NCBI RefSeq assembly: GCF_018350175.1
Contig: NC_058373.1
Span: 76,260,001 to 76,324,000 of the forward strand
Source of the DNA: Felis catus
Taxonomy: Eukaryota
Reading direction: 5' to 3'
Length of the DNA stretch: 64,000 nt
The notes beneath the pieces were generated by a model. The model was not told where the DNA came from. It made no database searches and was given only the letters and a program-made list of their open reading frames with translations. The first letter of the stretch is position 1. Each line of letters opens with the position of its first letter. Positions 11,715-25,008 of this stretch are shown piece by piece. The position numbers and the translations under genes are program-made.

Positions 11715-13567
11715 ATACACCAACAATGAAGCAACAGAAAATCAAGGAATCAATTCCATTTACATTTGCACGAAAAACCATAAAATACCTAGAAATAAAT
11801 CTAACCAAAGAGGTGAAATATTTATACACTGNNNNNNNNNNNNNNNNNNNNNNNNNNNNNNNNNNNNNNNNNNNNNNNNNNNNNNNNNNNNNNNNNNNNN
11901 NNNNNNNNNNNNNNNNNNNNNNNNNNNNNNNNNNNNNNNNNNNNNNNNNNNNNNNNNNNNNNNNNNNNNNNNNNNNNNNNNNNNNNNNNNNNNNNNNNNN
12001 NNNNNNNNNNNNNNNNNNNNNNNNNNNGTATGGAACCAGAAAAGACTCTGAATAGCCAAAGCGATCTTGAAAAGGAAAACCAAAGCAGGAGGCATCACAA
12101 TCCCAGACTTCAAGCTGTATTACAAAGCCATAATCATGAAAACACTATGGTACTGGCACAAAAACAGACACTCAGATCAATGGAACAGAACAGAGAACCC
12201 AGAAATGGACCCACAAACATATGGCCAACTAATCCTTGGCAAAGCAGGAAAGAATATTCAGTGGAATAAAGACAGTCCTTTCAGCAAGTGGTGCTGGGAA
12301 AAGTGGACAGCAACATGCAGAAAAATGAACCTGGGCCACTTTCTTTCACCATACACAAAAATAAACTCAAAATGGATGAAAGACCTAAATGGAAGACAGG
12401 AAGCCATCAAAATCCTCGAAGAGAAAGCAAGCAAAAACCTCTTTGGTCTTGGCCACAGCAACTCCTTACTCAACACATCTCCGGAGGCAAGGGAAACAAA
12501 AGCAAAAATGAACTAGTGGGACCTTATCAAAATAAAAACCTTCTGCACAGCAAAGGAAACAACAAAATTAAAAGGCGACAGATGGAATGTGAGAAAATAT
12601 TTGCAAACAACATATCAGATAAAGGGTTAGTATCCAAAATCTATAAAGAACTGATCAAACTCAACACCCAAAGACAAATAATCCAGCGAAGAAATGGGCA
12701 AAAGACATGAATAGACACTTCTCCAAAGAAGACATCCAGACGGCCAAGCGACACATGAAAAAATGCTTAACTTCACTCATCATCAGGGAAATACAAATCA
12801 AAACCACAAGGAGATACTACCTCACACCGGCCAGAACGGCTGACATTAACAACTCAAGCAACAAGAGATGTTAGCAAAGATGGAGAGAAAGAGGATCTCT
12901 TTTGCATTGTTGGTGGGAATGTAAACTGGTGCAGCCACTCTGGAAAACAGTATGGAGGCTCCTCAAAAAACTAAAAATAGAGCTACCCTATGACCCAACA
13001 ATTGCACTACTAGGTATTTATCCAAGGGATACACGTGCTGTTTTGAAGGGGCACATGCACCCCAATGTTTATAGCAGCGCTATTGACAATAAGTATGGAA
13101 AGAGCCCACATGTCCATCAGTGGATGAATGGATAAAGATGTGGTACATATATACAATGGAGCATTCCTCAGCAATCAAGAAGAATGAAATCTTGCCATTT
13201 GCAACTATGTGGATGGAACTAGATGGTATTATGCTAAGTGAAATCAGTCAGAGAAAGACAAATATGACATGACTTCACTCATATGAGGACTTTAAGACAC
13301 ACAACAGATGATAACGGAAGGGAAGCAAAAATAATATAAAAACAGGGATGGGGACAATACATAAGAGACTCTTAAATATAGAGAAGAAACAGAGGGTTGC
13401 TGGAGGGTTTGTGAGAGGGGGGATGGGCTCACTAGGTAAGGGGCATAAGGAATCTACCCCTGAAATCATTTGTTGCACTACGTGGTAACTAACTTGGATG
13501 TAAATTAAAAAATTAAATTAAAATTAATTTTTTTTAAAAAAACCTGACAAGAATGTAAGAAAAAAAA
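11715..13567 (+). mobile_element. Carnivore/felid L1, 5'-truncated, frameshifted ORF2 C-terminus
   Basis: [16 protein letters not shown]...WYWHKNRH and [14 protein letters not shown]; 3' UTR and A tail; TSD aaaaatt(tt)tcttcca at about 11700-11714 and 13563-13578. Confidence 0.95.
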
Positions 13568-14179
13568 TTTTTCTTCCATAAACATTTTGTAGTTTTCAGC
13601 ATACAATTCCTGTATGTGGCTTATCATATTTATATCTAATTACTTCATTGTTTGACTAATTTAAATGGTGTTTTATTTTTCATGTGCATATTGCTAATAT
13701 ATAGGAATAAAACTGATTTTTTTAAATATTGATCTTATATCCTATTACTTGCTAAACTCTAAGAGGCTTGGTGGAGGACAAAGTTTCTCACAATTTTCTA
13801 CATAGACCATCCTGTCCTCTGCACATAGAAATGGTGTTGTTTCTTACTTTCCAATTTGTAGGTCTTATTTCTTCTTCTTGTTTTATTATGTTGGCTAAGA
13901 CATCCAGTACTATGTTGAGTCAGAGTAGGAGCAGTAGAGATCCTGCCTTGTTCCAGATTTTAGGGGTGTAGCATTCAGCCTTTCATGGTTAGGTATGTTA
14001 CCTATAGGTATTTTCAAGATGTTATTTAATGAATTTAGAAGGTCCTTTACTCTTCCTAGTTTGCTGAGATTTTATCATCAATGAGTGTTGAATTTTATCA
14101 AAAGTTTTTCTTGTACTGATATGATTATTTGACCCTTCTTGAGACTGTTGATCTGATGGATTACAATGACTGATTTTTA

Positions 14180-14394
14180 AAAAAAATTATGTTGTATTTA
14201 TTTTTGAAAGAGAGAGAGAGTGCACAAGAATGGGAGGGACAGAGAGAGAGGGAGACACAGAATCTGAAGACAGGCTCCAGACTCTGAGCTAGCTGTCAGC
14301 ACAGAGCCCAAGGCGGGGCTCAAACCCATGAACCACGAGATCATGACTTGAGCCAAAGTCAGACACTTAACTGACTGAGCCACCCAGGCGCCCC
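14180..14394 (-). mobile_element. Felid SINEC
   Basis: Antisense SINE ending ccacccaggcgcccc; flanks share actgattttt. Confidence 0.93.
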
Positions 14395-16689
14395 ATTACT
14401 GATTTTTTAACATTGAACCAGCTTTGCATTTGTTTGTGGTATATAATTATTTTTACATATTGCTAGATTTTATTTGTTAATATTTTGCTGTGCATTTTTC
14501 GGCTATGTTCATGAGGAATATTCACCTATAGTTTTGTTTTTTGGTTTTTGGTTTTTTTTTTTTTTGTCTTTGTCCAGTTTTGGTATTTTCACTGAATGTT
14601 CTATTATAGCCACCAACTCAGGAACTAAAAAGGTAAGCCCTGGCACAATGCCACCAAATGCCCCATCCAGGGAATCCCAGGGGGACTGGACAAGTCAAAA
14701 GCATAGTTCCTGGCTGGGTTCGCAAACAATGCTGCCAAACAAACTCATATAAACTGGAGTTTTTCCTGGAGTTTTAAACCTAGGAACTCATTTTCTTTAA
14801 TAATTGTAGCACTATTCCGATTACTTTATATTGAGTGCTTTTTTTTTCTGTGTATTTTATCTTTTTTTTTTTTTTAGTTATTCAGGTAAAAGGATTTATT
14901 TGATAGCAGTTACTCCTCCATTGTTCTAAAGATCTTTTTCATTTATCACTAAGATAATGCAAGTCACATTTTAAAAAATTATCTGGAAAGAAGGCAGAAA
15001 GTCTCTGCATCACTAAGACCTCAAGAAATAAACTAGATAATATAGTGAGGGGGAGAAAACCTCTCTGGAGAGCAAAAAAATGTCAACAAAAGGTTTGAAA
15101 CTACCAGATTTTGGCAAGCACAGAGGATCCAGGTGAATAATAAACTCATTTATGAGCCCTGCAATAATACTAGATCTACAGACCTCTTAAAGACCAGTTG
15201 CTATTTTCTGGGCAGTTCCTTTAAAATACATATTATGTCTAATGATAACCAATACCCATGTATATCTCACAACATTTATTTTAGAAGGTCCTAGCAGGTA
15301 AAAGATGGGTACTCTGAACCAGTACAAGAAGTCCTAACTCATTTATGAAAATCTCATTGACTCCAAAGAGAAATTGTTTGATTACAACTATTCTCAAAAA
15401 ATAAAAATTAAAAAAAAATTTTTTTTAAGTCTTGAGAAGTATAGAAGTAGCTTTAATTTTAAAATGGTCTGGCTCTGCTATGATTGCTGATTTGCTAAAA
15501 TCCTGCTACCAGTAGATTGCTTAGGACTCAGATTTACATAAACAATTTAAAAATAATCAAAGATCAGAGTGAGCTCAAATATCAAACTCAGGCAAATGTC
15601 AATTTCCCTCTTCTTTGCTTCAACTGAAAATCAAAAGGGCTAATTTTACAAGTATCAAAAACATTTCCCCTTCTTAATAACCCCATGGGACCAAGGCCAA
15701 ATCAAATGTGATATTTGCTTTTACATCAAAAACACAGTAAACTTTTATAAATCAGATTTTATGCAGCCTATAATGTAAAGAACCAATGAGAGCGATTTAT
15801 CTCAAAATCTATAAATTGAACACAAACTCACAAAATAAATTAAATCAAGTATGAAAGAAAATCAACATCTAGGTTTAGGGAACAATAAATATGTAAAAAG
15901 ATTGAAAAATAAAATGGCAAGGCAATCAAAACCTCAAGCAAAAAACAAGTGGCAAGGGATAGAAAAATGAAATGAAAGGAGAAAGAATGATGCTAAAAGA
16001 ATTTCCATGTAGCTATCAGAAATTAGCATGATGTACTTTGTGACATTGCAGCAGGTATAGAGTTTGTGAGCAGTGACCTTATTTCCATCTCTGTAGGGCA
16101 GTGGCCCTTACTTGTCCTCAGAAAACAAAGCTTGTTGGGACATTATTTTATAACCACTTATTTCCAAACCATGGTTTGTAAAAACAGTGAAGTCGAAGAA
16201 ACTTAAGCTTATCTGAAAGGAAAGGGACAACTGCTAGTAACCAGCTGCACGTCATTCAACCTCTGAATCATCACACTATTGTTCTGAAAGACTAAGCCAA
16301 AGAGGTTATCCCATTATAATCTATAAAGAAATTGTCACCATATCCCACAAGCTTGTGCCTCTGAAGTAGTCAACATTTAGTGGATCTGTGTTTATGGTGG
16401 CAGTACAGAGGACACCGGTGAGATGTAAGACAGCAAAAAAGTGTTTTTTTGTTATTTTTATGGTGTCATTCCATTTAAGAAAGGAGTGAAAAGGATAAAA
16501 GAAAAAAGCAACAGAACAAGGGGGAAAATTTGAGTTCTCTTTGACACCGTTTTCCTAGACTCCAATTTGCTATGGAAATACCTATCTTCCCATGGAAGTA
16601 TCTATGCTACTATGGCATTCCAAGATAGCATTGGCTCAGTAATAATGACAACACCACAGGCAGGATGTGTTTAAACATTTTAAAAACAT

Positions 16690-16840
16690 GATCACATCTA
16701 ATTCTCAAAACAACTCTGCAAGACAGGGTCTTCACAGATGATGAAACTCAAGTCTTGAGGCAGTTAAGTAGACTGCCGAAGATGACACTGCCTGTAAGTA
16801 GCAGAGTTCAATTCAGAAGTCCCTATTTTCATCACTGTGG
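16690..16840 (-). mobile_element. MIR
   Basis: 'taattctcaaaacaactctg...acagatgatgaaactcaag...gttaagtagactgccgaagatgacac...gtaagtagcagag'. Confidence 0.75.
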
Positions 16841-16956
16841 TGTACTAGCTTAACATTTTTATGGAATTTTTCATAAAAACATTATTTTTTAACCCATGTA
16901 GATTATAAGTGTTTTCAGAACACTGCTTGGGCATTAGTTTTATTTCTCCATTTGTT

Positions 16957-16971
16957 AGTTTGTTTTGTTTT

Positions 16972-17009
<38 letters not shown>

Positions 17010-17166
17010 CAAGAGAGCAAGGGGCAGAAAGAGAGACAGAATACCACGAGTGGCAGAGGGTGAGAGAGGCAAGGCTGACCTGAAACGGGGCTCAAACTCC
17101 CAAACCGTGAGATCATGACCTGAGCCCAAGTCAGATGCTTAACTGAGTGAGCCACCCAGGTGACCC
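16957..17166 (-). mobile_element. CAN-SINE, tandem copy 1
   Basis: (GA)n tract and gagccacccagg end. Confidence 0.9.
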
Positions 17167-17184
17167 ACATTCCCCCCGATTGTC

Positions 17185-17376
17185 TTTTCTTTAATGGTTA
17201 TTTATTTCTGAGAGAGAGAGTGCAAGTGGGGAACGGGCAGAGACCGAGGGAGAGAGAGAATCCCAAGCAGGCTCTGTGCTGTCAGCAGGGAGCGTGAGGC
17301 GGGGCTCCAACTCAGGAACGTGAGATGATCTGAGCTGCAATTATATGGTCAACCAACTGAGTCACCTAAGTGTCCC
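17185..17376 (-). mobile_element. CAN-SINE, tandem copy 2
   Basis: Antisense SINEC body with gaatcccaagcaggctc. Confidence 0.88.
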
Positions 17377-18320
17377 ATTTCCCCATTTGTTAAAAAGGTT
17401 TCACTTAAGTGCAATATTCCAAGATTCTTTCAAGCTCTTCCAATACGTTTCTACTTTGTAAAAGCCTCAGCATTCGAAGAGCTTCCATTCACATGATAGG
17501 TGATCAAATATTCAAAAATGACTTGTTTAATTAATGGATAAACCCCCCATTTAAGAAAAAGAATGTCCTTACATCAACAGCCACTGAATCTCCATTTTGC
17601 TTGAGTAACTCAAAATATTTAAAATGAGACGATGAATTTGGCTGTTTTTATGCCTCATTAAGGAATGGATTTGCAGAATATTTTATGCCTATTCCAATTC
17701 TTTCAAATCATAGCACTTCTTAGTTTATATATATCACTTTCCTTCTCATAGTCTAACTAACTTATTCTCTCCAACCCTACTTAACATTCTATTCCTACCT
17801 AACATTTTGTAAAAGGCAGTGATTCTCAGTGATTAATATAGCTTAAATTATACTCATTCTGTCATTGTCATTATATTTTGAATCACAAGGCTTTTACACC
17901 ATGAACTATCATTCCAAAATGACCCCAAATAATAATTAGAAAAAAATTGCAATCCATTCTCTGTTGTGCCAGTGTATTACATTTCAACATATTTTATCAA
18001 ATATTTTAAAAACCACACAATATTTTTCTGAACACATTTAGTCATACATCATTGCTTGAGTCATTTTTATTCAATACTCTTGATAATCCAGTAATGAGAA
18101 TTCCCCCAAACTAAGCGGACTTGCTAGTCTCATAATCTATGTTTGCCTGAAGATGGAAAAATAAGAAAGATTTCCAGAAGCTTTTAAGTAAGTAATTCAA
18201 AACTCCAGACTACTTATTTAGTTTAAGTATGTAACAAATTAAAAACTGCACAATAGTTTGTGCTATAGAAAAGTCCAAAGATAGAGACGTGGGAATAGTT
18301 AAATCAGAGAAGAGATCCTG

Positions 18321-18533
18321 CGGGCGCCTGGGCGACTCAGTCGGTTAAGCGACTGACTTTGGCTCAGGTCATGATCTCGTGGAGTCCTGTGTTGGGCTCT
18401 GTGCTGACAGCTCAGAGCCTGGAGTCTGCTTCATGGATTCTGTCTCCCTCTCTCTCTGCCCTTCCCCTGCTCATATTCTTTCTCTCTCAAAAATAAATAA
18501 AACATTAAAATTTTTAAAAAAAGAAAGAAAGAA
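18321..18533 (+). mobile_element. Felid SINEC
   Basis: gggcgcctggg head; TSD aagagatcctg / aagagattctg. Confidence 0.93.
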
Positions 18534-19629
18534 AAGAGATTCTGGGCAGCATCGGGGACAGAGGGAGGGAAGGGGTGATCATGATACTCTCTCATAACAA
18601 AGATTTAGAACCAAGTTCTTGGATAAATATTTTCACTGATAAACAACTGTATCTATAACCATTTACTTGTATTTACATCTTCTTAGAGAATTCACTATTG
18701 TCGAGAAACAATTTCATCTAGCTCCCAAAAAGACTTAGAGCTCTATCTTAGAATTTGCTCAGGCATAAGAGAAATAAGAATAAGCATTTATTTATTATAG
18801 ATATTTATTTACATTTGTATGTATATACACAGATACAAATATAAATGTACTTAACTATTTTTGTTTGAGATAGCATCTACTTGCTTTGATTCACGAAGTT
18901 GGGGTATAGCTACTGAAAGATTTTTAACAAAATATTTTTCACGCAACACTGAAATCTAGCTGGTGCAGCTAGAGTTGACACACTACAACGGTCCATGAAG
19001 AAGAGGACTATGATGCAGCAAAAAACCCAATCTTTCCAAAAAAGTTCACAAATACCACAAGCTTCTGAGCAGAACATGGAGGACAAACAAGAAGAAATTT
19101 CAGGTTATGAAGTGGAGAAAAAAAAAATAGAGCCTTGGGACCAATGATGTTTTAGGTCTGGAGAAACCACTCAAGGAGACTAGGAAAGAAGTCGACCAAG
19201 CAACAGAAGTATATTTGTAGGTAGCAGAAGACTATGGCCTGGCCAAGACTGATGTTTTAAGCAAAAATACCTCAGTTACACAAGGGTTAAATCAGACACA
19301 GAGATTATATTTCTGTTTCAAATAGTGTAATGTACATCATGACAGCGAAAAATAAAGTTGACCCTAGATCACCAAGTCCAAAGATTGTCAGGGAGATGGT
19401 CCTTGATAATCAACAACTACCATCTTTTCAGACACAGAAGGTATTTTATATTAACTCTTGCCTGTACATCACCAAATTCTGGAAATTTCTGAAGGCCTAT
19501 AAGAAAGGGACACCAGTGTAAGCACTTGTCACTATATAAGAGGCGTTTTGGATGAGTGAGGGAATATTTGCCAGGAAGCCTGAAAAAGAGAACACCCCTG
19601 CCTTGGGGACCTCTCTTCAAGTGGCAGTA

Positions 19630-19683
19630 GTTACCATAGTAAAGAAATCCTATCAAACCATGAAGGTCAGGGGTTCAAAGTCA
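19630..19683 (+). promoter_or_regulatory. RFX X-box-like site plus nuclear-receptor DR2
   Basis: GTTACCATAGTAAA at 19630-19643; AGGTCA-gg-GGTTCA at 19664-19677. Motif match only. Confidence 0.3.
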
Positions 19684-20366
19684 GAGGATTTACTTAGCTA
19701 ATTCACCACTCCCTTTAGTACTGAAACTGAGCTACTTTGAGACAACTTTGCAATTAGAAGTATCTCTTTGTGGTCACAATACTGTGAGTATAAATAAGCT
19801 GATTCATCTTTCAAACTGTTCTAAGTCTGAAATACACAATAAATGATCCATTAGAAATTGCATATTAGTAATATAGTTATTTGAAAGCATCTAAACAGTG
19901 CTAAAGTTTTAGGTGTTCTTTTATTTGTTTTCCCCTTGGGAAAATCTCCAGTAATCAATCTTGACATCTAGACTCACTTCTAGATACGACCAATGCGCTG
20001 GCCCAGGTTTCTTCCAGGATATCTTGATAATGTGAGAGATTGCTGTATTTCAAGACCTAAAGCAAGTCAAGTGAAGTTTCTGGAATTGGGCCATTCAAAC
20101 CAAACAGCAAATATTGACACTCAATTGTCTTAAAATCCTAATTAACCTCACACTCCCATTGACTGCTGATATTATCACGCAAATGAAGTGTTAATTGGTA
20201 TGAAGAAATTAGAAAATAGCAGGTCCGCAATCCAGTATCTCCTTGAGGATTTTCACCCAGATCTGGAACTGGTTCCTTGTTTCATTTATATTGAGCCCTT
20301 TCATTTCTTGAGACCTGAGCTCTGGGGAGCCCATTCCCAAAGCCATCTTTTTAGAAATATGCCTGT

Positions 20367-20440
20367 ATTCTGAAAGGGAATCTTCTAAGAAGAGAGCTAA
20401 GAAATTCTGAAAGGGAATCTTCTAAGAAGAGAGCTAAGAA
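20367..20440. repeat. Perfect 37-bp tandem duplication
   Basis: attctgaaagggaatcttctaagaagagagctaagaa occurs twice, head to tail. Confidence 0.95.
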
Positions 20441-21132
20441 AATGAAAGAGAAATCAGAAATCAGAAAACAAGAAAAAGTGAATAAAGACAGAATCCGATC
20501 AACAAAACAGGTGAAGTATAGAAAACAAGAAAGCTACAAGTAAATCTTTGCCAATTCGAAATAAAACTCCCCAGGCTTATTCCAAGATTCAAACATAAGT
20601 AATACATCTGTGGCAAGGAGCAGAACATTATTAAAATTTTAATATTCTAACACAATTTCTCTCTTCTTCCACAATACCTAATTCCCATTTCCCTTATTAC
20701 CTGCATTTGAGAAATACATTAATTTTTTTCTAAATCAATTTACATTTCTATAAAATGGTATAAAATATCTTTCCTTAAATATTTATTGGAAAAAAGTTTC
20801 AGAGAAGTAGAGGTTTTGCGACAGTAATTTGTTTTTATATTGCATCAAAAATTTCCTTGGCAAATGAATAGATAATCCAAGTTAGAGATGTCTATGGGTG
20901 CTTAGAATGGTAAAAAATGTTAAGAGAGTACTTGGAGATAGAGAGTATTTGGTATTGCCAGCAAGACCCAGGTCTTTATAATGTTTAAGTTTGTTTTTTG
21001 GTAAAATTAGTGTAATGATTGTACATTTCCAATTTCAAGTTTAAATGAGGTAATAATGCATGGAACCTGGGCAGGTAAGAAATTCACAATAAATTCTAGA
21101 TGTTAATATAAATATTACCATATTGTATTTCT

Positions 21133-21341
21133 TTTTTTTTTTTTTTACGTTTATTTATTTTTGAGACAGAGAGAGAGCATGAACGGGGGAGGGTCAGAGA
21201 GAGGGAGACACAGAATCTGAAACAGGCTCCAGGCTCTGAGTGTCAGCACAGAGCCCAATGTGGGGCTCGAACTCATGGACTGCGAGATCATGACCTGAGC
21301 CGAAGTCGGTCGCCCAACCGACTGAGCCACCCAGGCGCCCC
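21133..21341 (-). mobile_element. Felid SINEC_Fc
   Basis: Perfect 16-bp TSD accatattgtatttct at 21117-21132 and 21342-21357. Confidence 0.96.
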
Positions 21342-21642
21342 ACCATATTGTATTTCTGTAGAATTTTTGTAGAATTTTTGTATTTTGAGTGTGTTAGTAT
21401 TATGGGATGGGATTAAAAAAATTTTTGCTATAGAAAGAGGATGATAAGTATAGAGTTCATTCTGACTCTTTATGTTCTTCACCAGTTTACCATTGACTCT
21501 CCACTTCAAAGATTATAGTGACAAAGAAAATAACCTAACACGGGAAATAGAAAAAATCGTCCATCAACTAGTTTTTCTAAATCAATAGTTCCAAAATTAG
21601 TTATATTACACAGAGTAAAGCCATTGAAAATCAGTAAAACCA

Positions 21643-21683
21643 TTTTTTTTAAAAGTTTATCTATTTATTTTGGGGGGGGGGTG

Positions 21684-21720
<37 letters not shown>

Positions 21721-21855
21721 AAAAAGAATTCCCAAGCAGGCTCTGTTGTCAGCACAGAGCCTGACGCAGGGCTTGATTCCACAAACCATGACATCATGAC
21801 CCAAGCCCAAAATAAGGGTTGGATGCTTAACCAACTGAGCCACCCAGGCATGCTT
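21643..21855 (-). mobile_element. CAN-SINE
   Basis: (GA)n tract and gagccacccaggc end; imperfect TSD gtaaaaccattt / gtaaatccgttt. Confidence 0.9.
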
Positions 21856-23100
21856 CGGTAAATCCGTTTAAAAAAAAAAATCAAATCAATTAATGTGGTA
21901 CTAACATGTAACTTCTTTTAAAATTGTGTCTCATAAGACTAACAGACATACAATGATTAAACTTGGGGAACCAAGAATTCGAAATTAAATAATACCAAGA
22001 TTGAAAGAGAAACAAAATCTTCATCATTAAATTTTTACTGGATTACTAGATCTAAGACCTTCTCTATTAGAGCTTTTTCACCTTGTCAGGTATGAACTAC
22101 TGCTATGTGGGTCTCCAAGTGAATTGCTGCTTTGGTCACGTTTGCCCATGAAATTGACTATTTAATTTGGAAACGTATTTCCTTAGGGTTTCTGCCAGAA
22201 CTATTTTTCTTAAAACTCTCCAGAACTTCAAAAGGAAATCTATGGAGATACAAAATAGGAAAATAAAATTCAGAGAGAAAGGATAACAAAGATAAAATAC
22301 ATTTGAGCATAAAGACAGAAAAATAGATAAAAGAGCCAGGATGACAAGGAAGCACGAGGCCTGGGGTGGGGGGTCAGGAGAGGACGGATTTTTGTTCCAG
22401 ACTCAATACACACCGCACAGTCGGATGGTAAAATTCCAACCCCATCTGTAGGCATAGCACAGATATGACAAAGGCTACAGCAGATTTCTAATCAATGGAA
22501 TTCTAACATGCATTAAGCTCTATGCTCAAGTTAAGACAATTTCAGATTCAAGCTATCTTTCCAACAAGGTCTCTTACCCAAAGCAAATTATCTGCTAAGA
22601 ACTTTCCATTTTTGCAACACTCTCTTTTAACATCTTCTATAATTTCCTGAGAAATACATAAACAGAGAACTCAGCTGGATGAGAACAGCTGCATGAATTC
22701 AGCTCTTCTTGATTGATCTCCTGTTCCCTCATTTTGCCCCAAGGCAATTCTAACTATTACAGGAATAAGAAAAAAGAGAGAAAAAATAAACAAGAGATAA
22801 AGCAATATGTTCTATACCAAGGTCTCCAAGGAACAATTCTTCCAAAAATGAATAGAGGAAAATTTTAATAAGTCACCAGATTTTAACCATTTCATATTAA
22901 CAGAGTTCCACGCATAAAAACCATCTGAAAGAGGCTAGTATTACCAGGTCATATAGAAAAGACAAAATTTTAGGTGAGGAAAAGGATGTACTTCCTAATT
23001 GTTCCTAAGGACAATTTGGCAAGTCACTGACATCTGGAAAGGATGTTCAAGAATATTTGATTCTCAAGATCATGCTAGAAAAGCTTTCATGCAAGATGGC

Positions 23101-23478
23101 TGTTACAGACTGAATTGTCTCCCCCTGATTTTCTTATATTGAAGTTCTTACTGCTAGTATCTCAGAATGTGACTACATTTGGAGATAGGGTCTCTGAAGA
23201 ATTAATCGAGTAAATGAGGTCATTAGGGAAGGATCTAATCAATATAACTGGTATCCTTATGAGAAGATTAAGAAACAATCACAGAGTGAANNNNNNNNNN
23301 NNNNNNNNNNNNNNNNNNNNNNNNNNNNNNNNNNNNNNNNNNNNNNNNNNNNNNNNNNNNNNNNNNNNNNNNNNNNNNNNNNNNNNNNNNNNNNNNNNNN
23401 NNNNNNNNNNNNNNNNNNNNNNNNNNNNNNNNNNNNNNGGGGTACTTTGCTAAAGGGCAGCCCTTGCAAATGAATCCA
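23101..23478 (+). mobile_element. MLT1-type MaLR solo LTR (spans a gap)
   Basis: TGttacagactgaattgtctcccc...gaatgtgactacatttggagataggg start; ...ggcagcccttgcaaatgaatcCA end. Confidence 0.85.
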
Positions 23479-24386
23479 GTTTGGCAAATGTTACTATGGT
23501 CAATTTTTGATTTTTCAAGAATCAGTAATAGTACATAGGTTATCCAGATTATTTTTCCCCCACTTCTATTCCATTAACGTCCCGGAAACTGTGAATAGGA
23601 ATTAAAAGAAAAGTGAATTTGGCAAAAGATTTGTTGAGGCGCGTTTATTAAAGACAAAACATCTGTCTCTTCTCTGCTTGAATTCCACTTAGAGTTAGGT
23701 ACTCTCTTCTCCACGCTCTTATTTTGGCGCTTTGAGTATGATATTATAGCTCTTCCCTCAATTATGAACTCTATCCGAGTAGGAACTTTTTTGCATTTCT
23801 CTAGCTGCCCTTATAGTGCCTGGGACGTAATATTCCCAATACCTTGGGCCATGCTTGACACACACTGGGCATTTAGTCAATACAGCAGGTACTCAATATT
23901 TGGTGAATCAGGGAACCCTACCACATGGGTAACTTTCCTCCCCCCGCCTCGCTTTTTTTTTTAACTAATGCAGAAACAAAACTTAAGTGGCTTTTCCAAG
24001 ATCACATCAGTTTTGGTGTATGAAGGGACCCAACAAAAACACACTCCTCTTTTCCTTAGTTTTGAACCATGAATGTAGACAAAGGAGTCTAAAAATAGAG
24101 GCCAGAATGTCATCTTTAAGACTAAATTGAAGAACATGATATAGGTGTGTAAGAATCAAGTGTTTCCTAATATAGTACTCTGAAATGAGAGATTTACCTA
24201 TCATTATCTGACAACTGGATTGGAGTTCTCAACATATAAAATATACAGCATTGAGGAGAAAGCAAGATGACTTCTTTCTTGGCAACCGGATCTTATACAG
24301 AGGAGAAGTAAGACGTGGTACTTTGACACTCACGAGCAAACTAAGCCACTGCATTCTCCTAGAAAGTAGTATGCCAAGGAACTGGT

Positions 24387-24447
24387 GGGGTTGGGGGTGG
24401 GGGGGTGGGGATGAGGAGAGTTGCTCTAGTGGAGCGCCCTCTGCAGG
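24387..24447. promoter_or_regulatory. G-quadruplex motif adjacent to a CTCF-like site
   Basis: G4-T2-G5-T-G7-T-G4 at 24387-24410; minus-strand CCTGCAGAGGGCGC at 24434-24447, one mismatch to CCASYAGRKGGCRS. Confidence 0.45.
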
Positions 24448-25008
24448 GAAGGAAATGTCAGGACCAAGTGTTGGTTCCCCAGCCCCTTCCTTCCCAAATG
24501 ACATGGAATTTCCAGCCCTCAGATTTGTTTTCTGATACCAAGACTTTCCTTATGTATTTGCCGTCTTATAATGACTCAGTAGAATTGAGCATTTAACTGA
24601 GAGTCGACCTAACCTGAGTTCCAATTGTCTACCTAGATTTGAATTCTGGCTGTTAGTCTTTAAAAACTTCCCAACTGCCCTAACATAAAGGCCATATTAC
24701 ATACAAAGCTGGACATCTGGCACATGATAGACACCACATGAAAAGCACATGGCCATTTAGGAAGAGATTACAAAAAGAAACAACCTTGGAGCATTTCTGA
24801 CCCAGTGCAAATCTGAAAGGAAAGAGATTGGAAAGGAGGGTTGAGAATGGAGAGAGATTGGTAGCTGGGGAAAGGGAATTTTCAGCTGCATTATTGCAGC
24901 TCCTTGCTATTTTCAGAAATAAGGAACAAGAAAATTTGTTCTTTGGGTCGTCACATGATCCTTCCAATTAGCCCAGAGTGCAATAGTATGGAACTATTAC
25001 CTACCAAC

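Larger units (their letters stand above)
10020..14590 (-). mobile_element. Old L1M element (ORF2 3' half plus 3' UTR) hosting nested insertions
   Basis: Minus-strand remnants: ISLMNI-like near 14500; KWRNIQWFWIGRVYIVNVSVLPKLICKFHAI at 11514-11726; REMQTKTTMGYH near 10530. Confidence 0.85.

Noticed and set aside
12030-13135. Overlapping 70-150 aa ORFs
   Set aside because: Frameshifted L1 ORF2 pieces and their alternative or antisense frames.
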